A stretch of DNA of 64,000 nt from Candidatus Spongiisociaceae bacterium (GCA_965219685.1 CBDCOH010000002.1:1152001-1216000); one strand, 5' to 3'. Counted from the stretch's first letter, positions 28,489 through 38,943 are shown. Notes: generated by a model from the letters alone, not told the origin. Numbers and translations are program-made.

Positions 28489-30636
28489 TCATAGACGTCC
28501 TTCTCCCCGGTTACCCACGTCCGGAGATGGTAGTGCGGTCGGACCGGGACCGGCTCGGATCACGACATCCCCTTCGAGGTCGGTGCGCCTCACCTCCATA
28601 CCGGCGTTGTCCAGTTGTGCAAGAAGTTCCGGGGACGGATGTCCGAATCTATTGGGGCCGACGCTGACGACGGCGCTGGAGGCCCCGGTGGCGACGAGCC
28701 AGCCCGGATCCGATGTGGCAGCGCCCTGATGGGGAACCTTGAGGATGTCCACCCGGGGCGGTTCGATCTCGCGCTGGGCTACCCGCTCGATGTCGCCGGA
28801 GAGGAGGACGCGCATCCCTCCCAGCGTGGCCACCAGGACGATGGACTGGTCGTTTAGGGATGCGTAGCGCCGGATCGGGCCTATGACCTCGAGGCCGATC
28901 GAACCCACCCGGTACCGTCCGAGTCCGGGCGTAAGGATGGGCGTGGCGGCGGATGCATCCTCGACCAGGTTGAGGAACCCAGGTCCCTGACCCGGGAACG
29001 GCGCGTACCACAGGGCGCCGACGGGTACGGAGCCGATCACTTCGTCCAGTCCCCCGTAGTGGTCGTGGTGAGCATGGGAGATCACCAGCAGGTCGATGGC
29101 CCTGATGCCGAATCTTGCCAGCCCGTCCCGTATCCCCAGTCCGCTGCTACCCCCGTCGATGAGGACGGTCTCTCCCCCTTCACCGAGGAGTAGGAGGGCG
29201 TCACCCTGACCGACGTCCAGGGCCACGAAGGCAGGCCGCAGTGAGGAGTCCCCGAGTGCATGAGGGGTGGCTAGCAGCGTGACCGCGGCTGCAACGGTCC
29301 CCGCAGCAATGAGAGCAGCGGGTCGGAGCCGCTGCCGCGTCGATGCGAGGCCCATGGCGGCCAGGAACGCGCAGACGGCCCAACCTACCTGGGGTAGACG
29401 AGCCGCCAGGTGGGCGATGCCCAGCACGGCGCGGGCGGATACCGCTCCCACGGCGATCAGCAGGTCGGCGCCGATGACCGACCCGGCCGCTCCGAGACCG
29501 GTGGCGGCAACGACCAGGGGACCGGAGACGAGGTTGGCGAGAGGGGACCAGAGAGGGACGGATCCGAAGCTCATCAGGAGTACGGGGGCGACCGCCACCT
29601 GGGCGCCACAGGAAGCCCCGAGTGATACCCGCAGCCACTCCGGTCTGAGCTGGCCGAACCACCCGGTGCCGACCACGACTCCCACCGTGGCGGCGACCGA
29701 GAGTTGGAAGGCCAGGCTGAAGGCGAGTTCGGGAGCAGCCAGCAGCAAGACGCCTACTCCTGTGGCTATGACCGTCCAGGTGTCCGGCCGGAGGCCGAAG
29801 GGTCGAGCGAGCAGCACCAATCCCGCCATCACGGCGGCCCTGAGAACCGACGCATCCGGGCCTATCAGGACCACGAAGAAGGCCAGTCCTGCGAGGCCGA
29901 GAACGGCACGGCGTCGCGAACTCCATCCGAGTGGGCCGGCGATCACGAAGAGGGCGCCGAGGAACAGCGCGACGTTGCTCCCGGATACAGCGACGAAATG
30001 GGACAGCCCGGCGCGGCGCATCGATTCGTGGTCGGTCTCGCTCAACTGCGAGGTGTCGCCCAGTAGGAATCCGGCCAGCAGCGCTCGTCCGGGATCCCGG
30101 TCGGGCCTCAGCCGCTCGATGACGAGCGTGCGGACTGCGACGATCCTCGCTCCGATCCAGCCACCCGCCACGCCCGCCGGCCGGGCTCTTGACACGTGTC
30201 CTGACCAGGCCGGGTAACCGGTCGGGACCGCTCGCCCGGACGGGTCGGTGATCGGCTCCATTACCGTCCCAACCCACCATCGGGTCGTGCGTCGCCAATC
30301 GGATACGTCCCCGCGGAGCCAGCCGGCCGGACCCTTCCAGGATCGGATCCGACCGCGGTCCGCCACCGCCAGGACCCGGGCTCGGACCCACCCGTCGCCC
30401 GGCGCGCCACCCCCTCCGGAAAGGACCTCCACCAGGACTTCCACGTCACCGGTGGGAAGGTCGACCTGGAGCGCCCGTTCGGTGCGGGAGGCGAGGAGCG
30501 CACCGCTGACCATCCCAACTGCGGCGAGCCCGACGACCAGGGCGGTGTTCCATCTCCTGGTGGCAAGGACCAGGCCGAACGCGGCGATCCCCAATGCGGG
30601 TCCCCACGGACCGCGCACGCCGGCGGCGATCCCCAA
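28489..30636 (-). CDS. comEC: DNA uptake protein ComEC/Rec2
   Basis: GLSHFVAVSGSNV, SVLRAAVM, FQLSVAAT, DVGQGDA, ISHAHHDHYGG, KVPHQG, SVGPNRFGHP; true start may lie slightly upstream. Confidence 0.93.
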   Translation of the reverse strand: MGIAAGVRGPWGPALGIAAFGLVLATRRWNTALVVGLAAVGMVSGALLASRTERALQVDLPTGDVEVLVEVLSGGGGAPGDGWVRARVLAVADRGRIRSWKGPAGWLRGDVSDWRRTTRWWVGTVMEPITDPSGRAVPTGYPAWSGHVSRARPAGVAGGWIGARIVAVRTLVIERLRPDRDPGRALLAGFLLGDTSQLSETDHESMRRAGLSHFVAVSGSNVALFLGALFVIAGPLGWSSRRRAVLGLAGLAFFVVLIGPDASVLRAAVMAGLVLLARPFGLRPDTWTVIATGVGVLLLAAPELAFSLAFQLSVAATVGVVVGTGWFGQLRPEWLRVSLGASCGAQVAVAPVLLMSFGSVPLWSPLANLVSGPLVVAATGLGAAGSVIGADLLIAVGAVSARAVLGIAHLAARLPQVGWAVCAFLAAMGLASTRQRLRPAALIAAGTVAAAVTLLATPHALGDSSLRPAFVALDVGQGDALLLLGEGGETVLIDGGSSGLGIRDGLARFGIRAIDLLVISHAHHDHYGGLDEVIGSVPVGALWYAPFPGQGPGFLNLVEDASAATPILTPGLGRYRVGSIGLEVIGPIRRYASLNDQSIVLVATLGGMRVLLSGDIERVAQREIEPPRVDILKVPHQGAATSDPGWLVATGASSAVVSVGPNRFGHPSPELLAQLDNAGMEVRRTDLEGDVVIRAGPGPTALPSPDVGNRGEGRL

Positions 30637-30692
30637 CCAGACGGCCGCGGCTCCCGCCAGGTACAGGCGGGCTCGGGGATCCGGGAGCCTCC

Positions 30693-31313
30693 CTATCGCT
30701 TCACCGCTGCGTAGTCACGGAGGCCGGCGAGCCTCCCCTCCCCGATGCCCGGCACGTCAAGCAGGTCCTCCAGAGTCTCGAATGGTCCGTGGGTCTCCCG
30801 GTAGGTGAGGATCCGGGCGGCCAGTACCTCACCCACGCCGGGGAGCTCGGTCAAGCGCTCCACTCCCGCACTGTTGACATCCACGGGGAAGCCCGGAGAA
30901 GTCCCGGAGGGGTCACCGGGCCCGGCCGCGACACCGTCGCCGATCCATGGGACGACGATGTGCATCCCATCCGCCAACAGGGCGGCGAGGTTGATGCTCC
31001 CCAGTTCCCCACCTGGTCGAACGCCGCCGGCTGCTGCCAATGCGTCCGCTACCCGTTCCCCTTCCGGAACCGTCACCAACCCGGGGTGGGACACGGCCCC
31101 GGAAACGTGGACGGTCACGTAGACGATGCCGGTGGTTGCGGGGGTGGCGACGGGCGCGGTTGCGGGAGGGACGGAACTGCTCGGTGGAGGCTGTGGTCGG
31201 TGCCAGAACGCGAACGCCATTACCAGAGCGATCGCGGCGCCCACCACCGCGACCACCCGCCGCGGGACAGTGCCGGAGGGTGGAAGGGGTATGCCGGGCG
31301 GTTCGGGCATCAC
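30693..31313 (-). CDS. comEA: Competence protein ComEA
   Basis: TM helix, SLBB VHVSGAVSHPG, HhH LPGVGEVLAARI and VPGIGE. Confidence 0.93.
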   Translation of the reverse strand: MMPEPPGIPLPPSGTVPRRVVAVVGAAIALVMAFAFWHRPQPPPSSSVPPATAPVATPATTGIVYVTVHVSGAVSHPGLVTVPEGERVADALAAAGGVRPGGELGSINLAALLADGMHIVVPWIGDGVAAGPGDPSGTSPGFPVDVNSAGVERLTELPGVGEVLAARILTYRETHGPFETLEDLLDVPGIGEGRLAGLRDYAAVKR

Positions 31314-31529
31314 TCGCCTTTCTGAGTAGGCCTCTCGAACGACCTTGTATCAGAAGGTGGGCCGGCGGAGAAGGGGGTTGGTGGTTGGTGCTTGGCAGTT
31401 GGTGGATGGTAGGTGGTGGATAGTGAGAGCAGCCTGTAATAATAATTGGAGGTTTACAGTCTCACTTGCCGATGCCCGCTGCGCGATGCCGGCCGGTACC
31501 CTACTGGAACACACGAGGCGGGGACCTGG

Positions 31530-32417
31530 TTGCTGGAACTGGTAGGGCTCAGAAAGCGTTACGGCGAGGTCGTCGCCCTCGACGGGTGTGACCTCGCCGT
31601 CAGGGCAGGGCGCTTGGTGGGGTTTCTCGGTCCCAACGGCGCCGGAAAGACCAGCGCGATGCGGGCGATCTTCGGACTGTTGCGGCTTGATGACGGTGGC
31701 GTGATGTGGAACGGGACGCCGGTTGGGCCGGAAGTCCGGCGGCGCTTCGGCTACATGCCGGAGGCGCGCGGGCTGTATCCCCGGATGAAGGTCCGCGCCC
31801 AGCTGACCTACCTCGGACGCCTGCACGGTCTGGACCGGAAGCGGGCGTCCGGGGCAGCTGATCGCTGGCTCGGGACGATGGGTCTCGAGGAGCGGGCGGA
31901 GTCCAGGCTGGAGGAACTGTCGCACGGCAACCAGCAGAGGGTCCAGTTGGCAGCCTCCCTGGTCCACGATCCGGAACTCCTGGTCCTCGACGAGCCGTTC
32001 AGCGGCCTGGACCCGCTGGGTGTGGAGGACATGGCCCGTATCTTGCGACAAAGTGCCCGGTCCGGCGTGGCGGTCCTGTTCTCGAGCCATCAACTGGACT
32101 TGGTGGAGGACCTGTGCGACGACGTGGCGATCATCAACCGGGGACGGGTGGTGCTGGCCGGTGATGTCAGATGGCTCAAGGATCGGGCCAGGTACCGGCG
32201 CCTGGAACTGGACACGGACAGTCCGGCAGGATTCCTTGAGCGCATTCCCGGCGCGGAACTCGTACAGTCCCGGGGCAGCCGGCACACCGTCCTCGTACCC
32301 GCGGAGGCCGACGTTCACGAGCTCTTCGGCATGGTGCCGGAGAAGGTACGGATGAGGGAGTTCTCCTACCGGCCCCCGACCCTGTCCGACCTTTTCAAAG
32401 AGGCTGTGGCCGGATGA
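31530..32417 (+). CDS. ABC-2 type transporter ATP-binding protein
   Basis: GPNGAGKT, LSHGNQQR, LDEPFSGLDP, SSH; TTG start at 31530. Confidence 0.93.
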   Translation: MLELVGLRKRYGEVVALDGCDLAVRAGRLVGFLGPNGAGKTSAMRAIFGLLRLDDGGVMWNGTPVGPEVRRRFGYMPEARGLYPRMKVRAQLTYLGRLHGLDRKRASGAADRWLGTMGLEERAESRLEELSHGNQQRVQLAASLVHDPELLVLDEPFSGLDPLGVEDMARILRQSARSGVAVLFSSHQLDLVEDLCDDVAIINRGRVVLAGDVRWLKDRARYRRLELDTDSPAGFLERIPGAELVQSRGSRHTVLVPAEADVHELFGMVPEKVRMREFSYRPPTLSDLFKEAVAG

Positions 32418-33619
32418 ACGGTATGCGTGCGATCGGTCTGGTAACCGTACGCGAGCTACGCGAGCGGGGCCTCAGCAAATCGTACCTGGTCAGCTGGTTG
32501 ATTCTGGCCGTTCTGATCGGGGCCGGTTTCGCCGTGCCCCTGCTGTTCGACGGCGGCGCCGACGAAGGGCCCACCTACCGGCTCGGCCTGGTCGGCCAGG
32601 ATGGGACGAGGACCGTCGAAGCGGCGCGCTCGGTGCTCACGGACTCGGGCCGGGCGGGGGTCATCAAGGCCTCGTCCTTCGACAATCGTGAGGATGCGAA
32701 CAGGGCTCTGGCCGAGGAGCAGGTCGATGCGCTGCTGGTCGAGGACCGCGAGCTGGTTGTGGGGGAGTCGGCCGGCACCCAGTTGGAGAGGCTGGTGCAG
32801 CAGGGCGCGCTCCGTGCCCGGCTCGAGGAGATGGCGGCGTCGGGCGAGGCCACGGAGCGGGTGGTCGAACTCCTCTCCGGGCAGGTGATCGAGGTCACCC
32901 GCGCTATCCCGGAGTCCGACGAGAACTCGGAGGCCCGGCAGTTCCTGATCGGTCAGGCAGCTCTCGTGCTTCTCTTCATGGCCATCATGATGACCGGATC
33001 CTGGGTCCTGCTGGGCGTGACCGAGGAAAAGACCAGCAGGGTGGTCGAGGTCCTGCTGGCCGCGGTCCGACCCTGGCACCTGCTCTCAGGCAAGATCGTG
33101 GGGGTGGGAATCCTCGGACTCCTGCAGTTCGGCGTCGTCGCCGGCGGGCTGGTGCTGGGAATCCGCCTCGTCTTCGGCCCTGACCTGATCCAGGAGGTGG
33201 ATGCCGCATTGCTGGCCACTCTGCTCCTATGGTTCGTCCTGGGGTACGCGGTCTACGCGGTCGCGTACGCGGCGGTTGGCGCTGTGACCTCCCGACCCGA
33301 AGATGCGCAGAACGCCGCCTTCCCGATGACGATGGTTGCCCTCGTCGGCTACCTGGTCGGGATCCTCTACGTGGGCAACCACCCAGACGCCCCCCTCTCA
33401 GTGGTGCTATCCCTCATACCCATGACAGCTCCCTTCGTGATACCGGTCCGGGCGGTTTCCGACTCGGTTGCCGCCTGGGAACAGCTCCTGGCTGCGGCAT
33501 TGACGGTCGGGTTCGGCTGGTGGCTCATCAGGGCCGCGGGCCGGGTCTACGCCGGGGGCGTGTTCAAGTACCAGCGCCGCGTCAAGCTACGGGAGGCATT
33601 CCGCTCGGCGGAGTTCTGA
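32414..33619 (+). CDS. ABC-2 type transporter permease
   Basis: EEKTSRVVEVLL...GKIVG; multiple TM helices. Confidence 0.92.
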   Translation: MNGMRAIGLVTVRELRERGLSKSYLVSWLILAVLIGAGFAVPLLFDGGADEGPTYRLGLVGQDGTRTVEAARSVLTDSGRAGVIKASSFDNREDANRALAEEQVDALLVEDRELVVGESAGTQLERLVQQGALRARLEEMAASGEATERVVELLSGQVIEVTRAIPESDENSEARQFLIGQAALVLLFMAIMMTGSWVLLGVTEEKTSRVVEVLLAAVRPWHLLSGKIVGVGILGLLQFGVVAGGLVLGIRLVFGPDLIQEVDAALLATLLLWFVLGYAVYAVAYAAVGAVTSRPEDAQNAAFPMTMVALVGYLVGILYVGNHPDAPLSVVLSLIPMTAPFVIPVRAVSDSVAAWEQLLAAALTVGFGWWLIRAAGRVYAGGVFKYQRRVKLREAFRSAEF

Positions 33620-33624
33620 GGGTT

Positions 33625-33721
33625 GTGGCTGGTGGCTGGTGGCTGGTGGCTGGTGCATCGTGGTAACGTTTATCGTTTGTCACCATTCACCATTCACCAT
33701 TCACCATTCACCATTCACCAT
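33625..33721. repeat. Facing heptamer arrays (GTGGCTG)x4 and (CACCATT)x~6 between convergent genes
   Basis: 33625-33655 and 33681-33721; the second unit is the reverse complement of the 13308 unit. Confidence 0.9.
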
Positions 33722-33724
33722 CCG

Positions 33725-36463
33725 CTAGCCACCAACCACCAAGTTGAGCAGTTTGGGCCGTCGGTCGACCACCCGCCGGACCCGGGCTCCGGCGATGTGA
33801 CGATCGACGTTGGGAGCGGCGAGAGCCATCTCGAGCGCGTCCGATGCGGAAACCTCGACCGGCACCTCCAGGCGGGCGCGCACCTTACCGTTGACTTGGA
33901 CGACCATCGTGACGGTATCCTCGGCGGCTGCCTGCTCGTCGGCTACGGGCCAGGACTGGAGGTGGACGCTCTCCGCATTTCCCAACTCCCGCCAGACCTC
34001 TTCCGAGACGTGCGGGGCGATCGGAGCCAGGAGCAGCGTCAGGATCGAAAGAGCCTCCTGCCAGGCCCCCTGGTCGACGTTGCGATCCGCGAGGGCGGAA
34101 TGCATCGCGTTGCGCAGTTTCATCAACTCGGCCACCGCGGTGTTCCAACGGAGCCGGTCGAGGTCGTTGCCGACTTTCGTGATCGCCTGGTGGGCTGCTC
34201 GCCTCAAGGAAGCGGTGGCGCCGGTGTCGACCGTGTCCGCACTGTACGCCGCCCGGCCGAGCCGCCAGACATCGGCGATGAACCGCTCGGCTCCCCGGAT
34301 GCCGCGGCTATCCCAGGGACCCCCCTTCTCCCACTCGAAGGCGAACATGAGGTAGGTACGGACCGTGTCGGCGCCGAACTCGTCGACCAAGTCGTCGGGG
34401 TTCACGACGTTGCCTCTCGACTTCGACATGCGCTGGACATCGAGCCGGTGGCGGAGCTGCGAAACGGTGTTGGCGCCGGGAATGGCCGGGATCCGGACTT
34501 CCGCATTGAGAAGGACCTGCACCGTCACCGTTTCCTCCGAATCGGGCAACTGTACGACCATCATCCGCTCGGTACGGCTCACTATCTCCCCTGCGACGCC
34601 ATCGGCGGACTGCGGGCGCGCCGCCGTATCCGCAACCACGGTCACCGAAGTGGCTGCCACCCGGTCGCCGTCCCTGTGACCCTCCACCACCACGAGATCG
34701 CCGGCTCGTTCCTCACCCAGGACCTGGCCCTGGTTGCGCAGCATCACCATCGGCTCGTCGAACAGCCCCTCCGGATTCCGTCCATGGGACCGCATGCACA
34801 TCGCGGTCGAGTCGTAAAGGCCCATGTCGCGCATGGCCTTGGTGAAGAACCTCGTGTAGAGCAGGTGCATCACCGCATGCTCGGCGCCTCCCGTGTAGAC
34901 GTCGACGGGAAGCCAGTAGGCGGCCTCCTCGGGGTCGAAAGGACCCTGATCGAAGTCGGGACTGAGGTAACGGAGCTGATACCACGAGGAGCACATGAAG
35001 GTGTCCATCGTGTCCGTCTCCCTGGTGGCGGGCCGACCGCCGGTGTCCACCGTGTTCAGGAAGTCCCCGTGGTAGGTCAGCGGGCTCCTGCCGGTCGGCA
35101 CGAACTCGACGTCCTCGGGTAGCTCCACCGGAAGCGACCCGTCCGGCACCAGCTCCATGGCTCCGTCGTGGCGGTAGACCACCGGTATGGGGCTTCCCCA
35201 GTAGCGCTGCCGGCTTATCAGCCAGTCCCGTAGGCGGTACTGGATCGCCCGCCGACCGTGACCGTTCGCCTCCAGCCACTCGATCATGGCTTCCTTGGCC
35301 TCGGCCATGAACAGGCCGTCGAGGAAGCCGGAGTTGATGGAGGGACCGTCACCTTCATACGCCTTGCCCTCGAACCCCTCGGGCGGCTGAACCGTGCGGA
35401 CGATCGGCAGCCCGTAGCGTTCCGCGAACTCCCAGTCGCGCTCATCCTCGGCGGGGACGGCCATGATCGCACCGGTGCCGTAGCTCATCAGCACGTAGTC
35501 GGCGATCCAGACCGGGATGTCTTGGCCGGTGACCGGATTGAGGGCAGATCCACCCGTGAAGACCCCGTTCTTCTCCCTGGTCAGGTCGGTGCGCTGTATT
35601 TCGGAGCGCTGCCCCGCGTAGTCCCGGTAGTGGGCTACCGCACCGCTCTGTTCGGGAGTGGTCAGCACGTCCACCAGCGGATGCTCGGGTGCCAGCACCA
35701 TGAAGGTGGCCCCGTGGAGGGTGTCGGGACGGGTGGTGAAGACCTCGATGGGGTCCGCTCCGTCCACCGGGAAGCGCACCCGGGCGCCGACGGACCGGCC
35801 GATCCAGTTGGTCTGCATCGCCTTGACCGGCTCGGGCCAGTCGAGGCCTTCGAACTCGAGCAACTCCTCCGCGTAGTCGGTGATCCGGAAGAACCACTGC
35901 TCCATCATGCGCTGCACGACGGGCTGCCCGGTACGCTCGTCCTTCCCGTCGATCACCTGCTCGTTGGCGAGAACGGTTTGGAGGGTGGGCGACCAGTTCA
36001 CCAGCGCCTCGCCCCGGTAGGCCAAGCCGGCTTCGTACAGGCGGGAGAAGAACCACTCGGTCCAGCGGTAGTACTCGGGAGTGCAGGAGACCGCCTCCCG
36101 GCTCCAGTCGATCATCGTCCCCATCGACCGCAGCTGGCGCCGCATCCTCTCGATGTTCGAGTACGTCCACGTCCACGGATGGATGTTGGCCTGCACCGCG
36201 GCGTTCTCGGCCGGGAGCCCGAACGCGTCGAACCCCATCGGGAACAGCACGTTGTAGCCCTTCATGCGCATGTATCGCGCTCGCGCATCGGAGGGGGTCA
36301 TGGCGTACCAGTGACCGATGTGCAGGTCGCCGCTCGGATACGGAAGCATGGTTAGGGCGTAGTGCTTCGGCCGGCTCCAGTCGACCCTTGACCGGTAGAT
36401 CCCGGCCTCGTCCCATTCCCTCTGCCAGCGAGCCTCAACCTCGCGATGGTCGTATCTGTTCAC
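33725..36463 (-). CDS. leuS: Leucine--tRNA ligase
   Basis: MLPYPSGDLHIGH, TTRPDT, GTGAIMAVP, RDWLISRQRYWG, TMDTF, RMSKS, VVQVNGKVR. Confidence 0.97.
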   Translation of the reverse strand: MNRYDHREVEARWQREWDEAGIYRSRVDWSRPKHYALTMLPYPSGDLHIGHWYAMTPSDARARYMRMKGYNVLFPMGFDAFGLPAENAAVQANIHPWTWTYSNIERMRRQLRSMGTMIDWSREAVSCTPEYYRWTEWFFSRLYEAGLAYRGEALVNWSPTLQTVLANEQVIDGKDERTGQPVVQRMMEQWFFRITDYAEELLEFEGLDWPEPVKAMQTNWIGRSVGARVRFPVDGADPIEVFTTRPDTLHGATFMVLAPEHPLVDVLTTPEQSGAVAHYRDYAGQRSEIQRTDLTREKNGVFTGGSALNPVTGQDIPVWIADYVLMSYGTGAIMAVPAEDERDWEFAERYGLPIVRTVQPPEGFEGKAYEGDGPSINSGFLDGLFMAEAKEAMIEWLEANGHGRRAIQYRLRDWLISRQRYWGSPIPVVYRHDGAMELVPDGSLPVELPEDVEFVPTGRSPLTYHGDFLNTVDTGGRPATRETDTMDTFMCSSWYQLRYLSPDFDQGPFDPEEAAYWLPVDVYTGGAEHAVMHLLYTRFFTKAMRDMGLYDSTAMCMRSHGRNPEGLFDEPMVMLRNQGQVLGEERAGDLVVVEGHRDGDRVAATSVTVVADTAARPQSADGVAGEIVSRTERMMVVQLPDSEETVTVQVLLNAEVRIPAIPGANTVSQLRHRLDVQRMSKSRGNVVNPDDLVDEFGADTVRTYLMFAFEWEKGGPWDSRGIRGAERFIADVWRLGRAAYSADTVDTGATASLRRAAHQAITKVGNDLDRLRWNTAVAELMKLRNAMHSALADRNVDQGAWQEALSILTLLLAPIAPHVSEEVWRELGNAESVHLQSWPVADEQAAAEDTVTMVVQVNGKVRARLEVPVEVSASDALEMALAAPNVDRHIAGARVRRVVDRRPKLLNLVVGG

Positions 36464-36585
36464 GGCGGTGATCCTATCGCAGTGCCGGACCCTTGTGATC
36501 GCCGTCCGCGCGATCGGTCATCTCGCGGACCCGGCGACCTGCAGGTACTGTTCCGGTCTGACGGAGTCAAGCGGAGGAACGACAG

Positions 36586-37347
36586 TTGCGGCCCATGGTG
36601 GCGGTCACCACATCGATGAGGGCCCTGGACACCTATCTGGGCCGTGGCGTCGAAATCCACACGTTGCTCGGGACCTACGCGGATGCACTCGACCGGGCAG
36701 GGGCCGCCCAGTTGATGGTGGGTCGTATGCATCCTGGGGACGCACAACGTGTGCTGGAAGGGGTGGCCGGCCTGGTAGTCACGGGCGGACGGGACCTCGA
36801 CCCGGACCTTTACGGGCAGGAGAAGACCGCCAGTGTGGGAATCTACGGGCCCGACGACAGCCGCGACATCGCTCTGCTCTTGGAGGCGCACCGGAGAAGT
36901 ATGCCCGTACTGGCGATTTGTCGGGGCCTGCAGGCGGTGAACGTCGCTCTCGGTGGCGAACTCCACCAGCACATGCTCTCGGATTCGGACCCCGAACACC
37001 CGACCCCTGCCCGTGAGCCCGCCGAACGCAACGCCCATCGGCATTCGGTCCGCCTTCTTCCGGGCAGCCGGCTGGCGTCGATCTACGGCACGACCGACCG
37101 GCAGGTCAACTCGCTCCATCACCAGGCCATCTCCCGGGTCGCTCCCGGGTTGGCGGTGGTGGGGCGAACCCCGGGTGGGGCCATAGAGGCGGTCGAGAGC
37201 ACCGACCCGGCCTGGCCGTTGCTGGCCGTGCAGTGGCATCCGGAGATGCTCGAGCCCGAGGAAGAGGCCGGGTTGTTCGAGGCGTTCGTCGGGGATGCCA
37301 GGGCCTACGCTCTGGACCCGGCGCCGCGGTCGCGCGCGACGGCGTGA
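36586..37347 (+). CDS. Gamma-glutamyl-gamma-aminobutyrate hydrolase family (peptidase C26/PuuD-like)
   Basis: TGGRDLDP, LAICRGLQ, VNSLHHQ, VQWHPE. Confidence 0.92.
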   Translation: MRPMVAVTTSMRALDTYLGRGVEIHTLLGTYADALDRAGAAQLMVGRMHPGDAQRVLEGVAGLVVTGGRDLDPDLYGQEKTASVGIYGPDDSRDIALLLEAHRRSMPVLAICRGLQAVNVALGGELHQHMLSDSDPEHPTPAREPAERNAHRHSVRLLPGSRLASIYGTTDRQVNSLHHQAISRVAPGLAVVGRTPGGAIEAVESTDPAWPLLAVQWHPEMLEPEEEAGLFEAFVGDARAYALDPAPRSRATA

Positions 37348-37501
37348 GTCACGGCGGAAGGAGACACCATGAACCGGACTCCGTTGATCGGTACGTCGAC
37401 ATCCGAGGTCTGCACCTCCCATCGGGGACTGCCGGATTCAGCCGGACACAGGCAAAGCGACAGGTTGAACTCCGGACTCGGGTGCAGAGCGGAACCGAGG
37501 G

Positions 37502-37574
37502 TGGAGCTGACGGGATTTGAACCCGTGACCTCTTGCATGCCATGCAAGCGCTCTGCCAACTGAGCTACAGCCCC
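37502..37574 (-). tRNA. tRNA-Ala(GGC)
   Basis: GGGGCTGTAGCTCAGTTGGCAGAGCGCTTGCATGGCATGCAAGAGGTCACGGGTTCAAATCCCGTCAGCTCCA; anticodon GGC; G3-U70 pair. Confidence 0.96.
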
Positions 37575-37679
37575 GCGCGTGCCCACCGGATTCCTACGGA
37601 ACGAAAGTGAGCAAGCCCAGTCTACCAACCTTGCAGCCGTTGAAGCACAAGCAGGCGGCGTCAGGTGGTTCGCGGGTCC

Positions 37680-38102
37680 TCAGCCGGTCGATGCCGACCC
37701 GTCGACATCCAGGGTAGGGGCCCAGGGAACGCGGGGAGCGTCACCCCAGAGCCGCTCGAGAGAGTAGAGATCCCGCGCCGCCGGCTGGAAGATGTGCACC
37801 GCTAGGTCGCCGTAGTCGAGTAGCACCCACTCCGCGGTGTCCATGCCCTCTAGCCGGAGAGGTGTCCGCCCGTACCGTTCGAGCTCCCCATCCACCTCCT
37901 CTGCGAGGGTCCGCACCTGCCGCTTGGAGGTGCCGGACGCGATGACGAAGGTGTCAACGATTCCGAGGAGATCACCCATGTCGAGAATCACGATGTCGCG
38001 TCCCTGCTTGCCGTCCATCGCATCCGCGGCAACCGATGCCAACTTCTCCGGATGGAGGTCGATCGTGGCTGTGTCCGCTGGTTGCCGGTCTGTGATGCTC
38101 AC
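37680..38102 (-). CDS. rsfS: Ribosome silencing factor RsfS
   Basis: DTFVIASGTSKRQV, WVLLDYGDLAVHIF, YSLERLWGD. Confidence 0.95.
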   Translation of the reverse strand: MSITDRQPADTATIDLHPEKLASVAADAMDGKQGRDIVILDMGDLLGIVDTFVIASGTSKRQVRTLAEEVDGELERYGRTPLRLEGMDTAEWVLLDYGDLAVHIFQPAARDLYSLERLWGDAPRVPWAPTLDVDGSASTG

Positions 38103-38158
38103 CCGTTCCTGGTCGACATCTGTGTGGCTGACACTTCCAGCATAGTGACGTGAGCTTC

Positions 38159-38758
38159 CTACCGGCGGTCAATCCGATTCGATGCCCTCGATGGCACGTA
38201 CAGGCGGTGGGTGACGATGTAGTTGCGCACCGGCTCCCGGACCAGGAACCGCAGGCTGTGGCCGATGGCGGCCCGTCTCCGGAGTTCGGTGCCCGAGATG
38301 GCCAGGGCCGGAACGTCCAGCCAGTGGAGCGACTCTCCCACCGCCTCCTGCACCGTAGCCCTGGCGGTTCCCGTTCGGGGAGCGACCGCGATGCGGGCCC
38401 GTTCCAGCACCTCCTCGGACCGGTGCCATGACCGGATGCGGGCCGCGGCATCCGCTCCCAGGATCAAGGTTGGTTTCACCCCCTCCAGATCCATGAGGGT
38501 GTCGATCGTGTACGAGGACCCGGGCCGCGCGATCTCACTGTTGTCAGCCTTCATATAGGGGATGTCCGAGGTAGCGGCGAGTGTCATCCCCCATCGGTGT
38601 CTCGCGGCCGTTACCGGCGTTCCCGCCTTCTGCCAGGGGATTCCGGCGGGTAGGAACCTTACGTGGTCGAGATCGAGCTGTCTGAACGCGGCTTCGGCCA
38701 CCACCATGTGGGCGACATGGGGTGGATCGAACGTTCCTCCGAGCAAGCCGACCCGCAT
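38159..38758 (-). CDS. nadD: Nicotinate-nucleotide adenylyltransferase
   Basis: GLLGGTFDPPHVAH, SYTIDTL, ILGADA, ISGTELR. Confidence 0.95.
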   Translation of the reverse strand: MRVGLLGGTFDPPHVAHMVVAEAAFRQLDLDHVRFLPAGIPWQKAGTPVTAARHRWGMTLAATSDIPYMKADNSEIARPGSSYTIDTLMDLEGVKPTLILGADAAARIRSWHRSEEVLERARIAVAPRTGTARATVQEAVGESLHWLDVPALAISGTELRRRAAIGHSLRFLVREPVRNYIVTHRLYVPSRASNRIDRR

Positions 38759-38911
38759 GCGCAGAGGCTACCGGTCGAAGCCCCGGTCCCGTTCGTGGCT
38801 GTCTTCGTCCTGCCCGGCATCGGGGTCACCGAAGTCTCCATTGCGTGGATCCAGGGAGGTGCCATCGGTGCCGGAAGACGCCCGACACCCCAGGGAGCGG
38901 GAAGACAGACC

Positions 38912-38928
38912 CCGAGAACGCGAAAAAC
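38912..38928 (+). repeat. Left part of a dispersed repeat interrupted by IS110
   Basis: CCGAGAACGCGAAAAAC is identical to the reverse complement of 56692-56708. Confidence 0.8.
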
Positions 38929-38943
38929 ACTCATACTTGTAGG

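Noticed and set aside
37348-37501. Island or att duplication at tRNA-Ala
   Set aside because: No second copy of the tRNA-Ala 3' end and no integrase nearby
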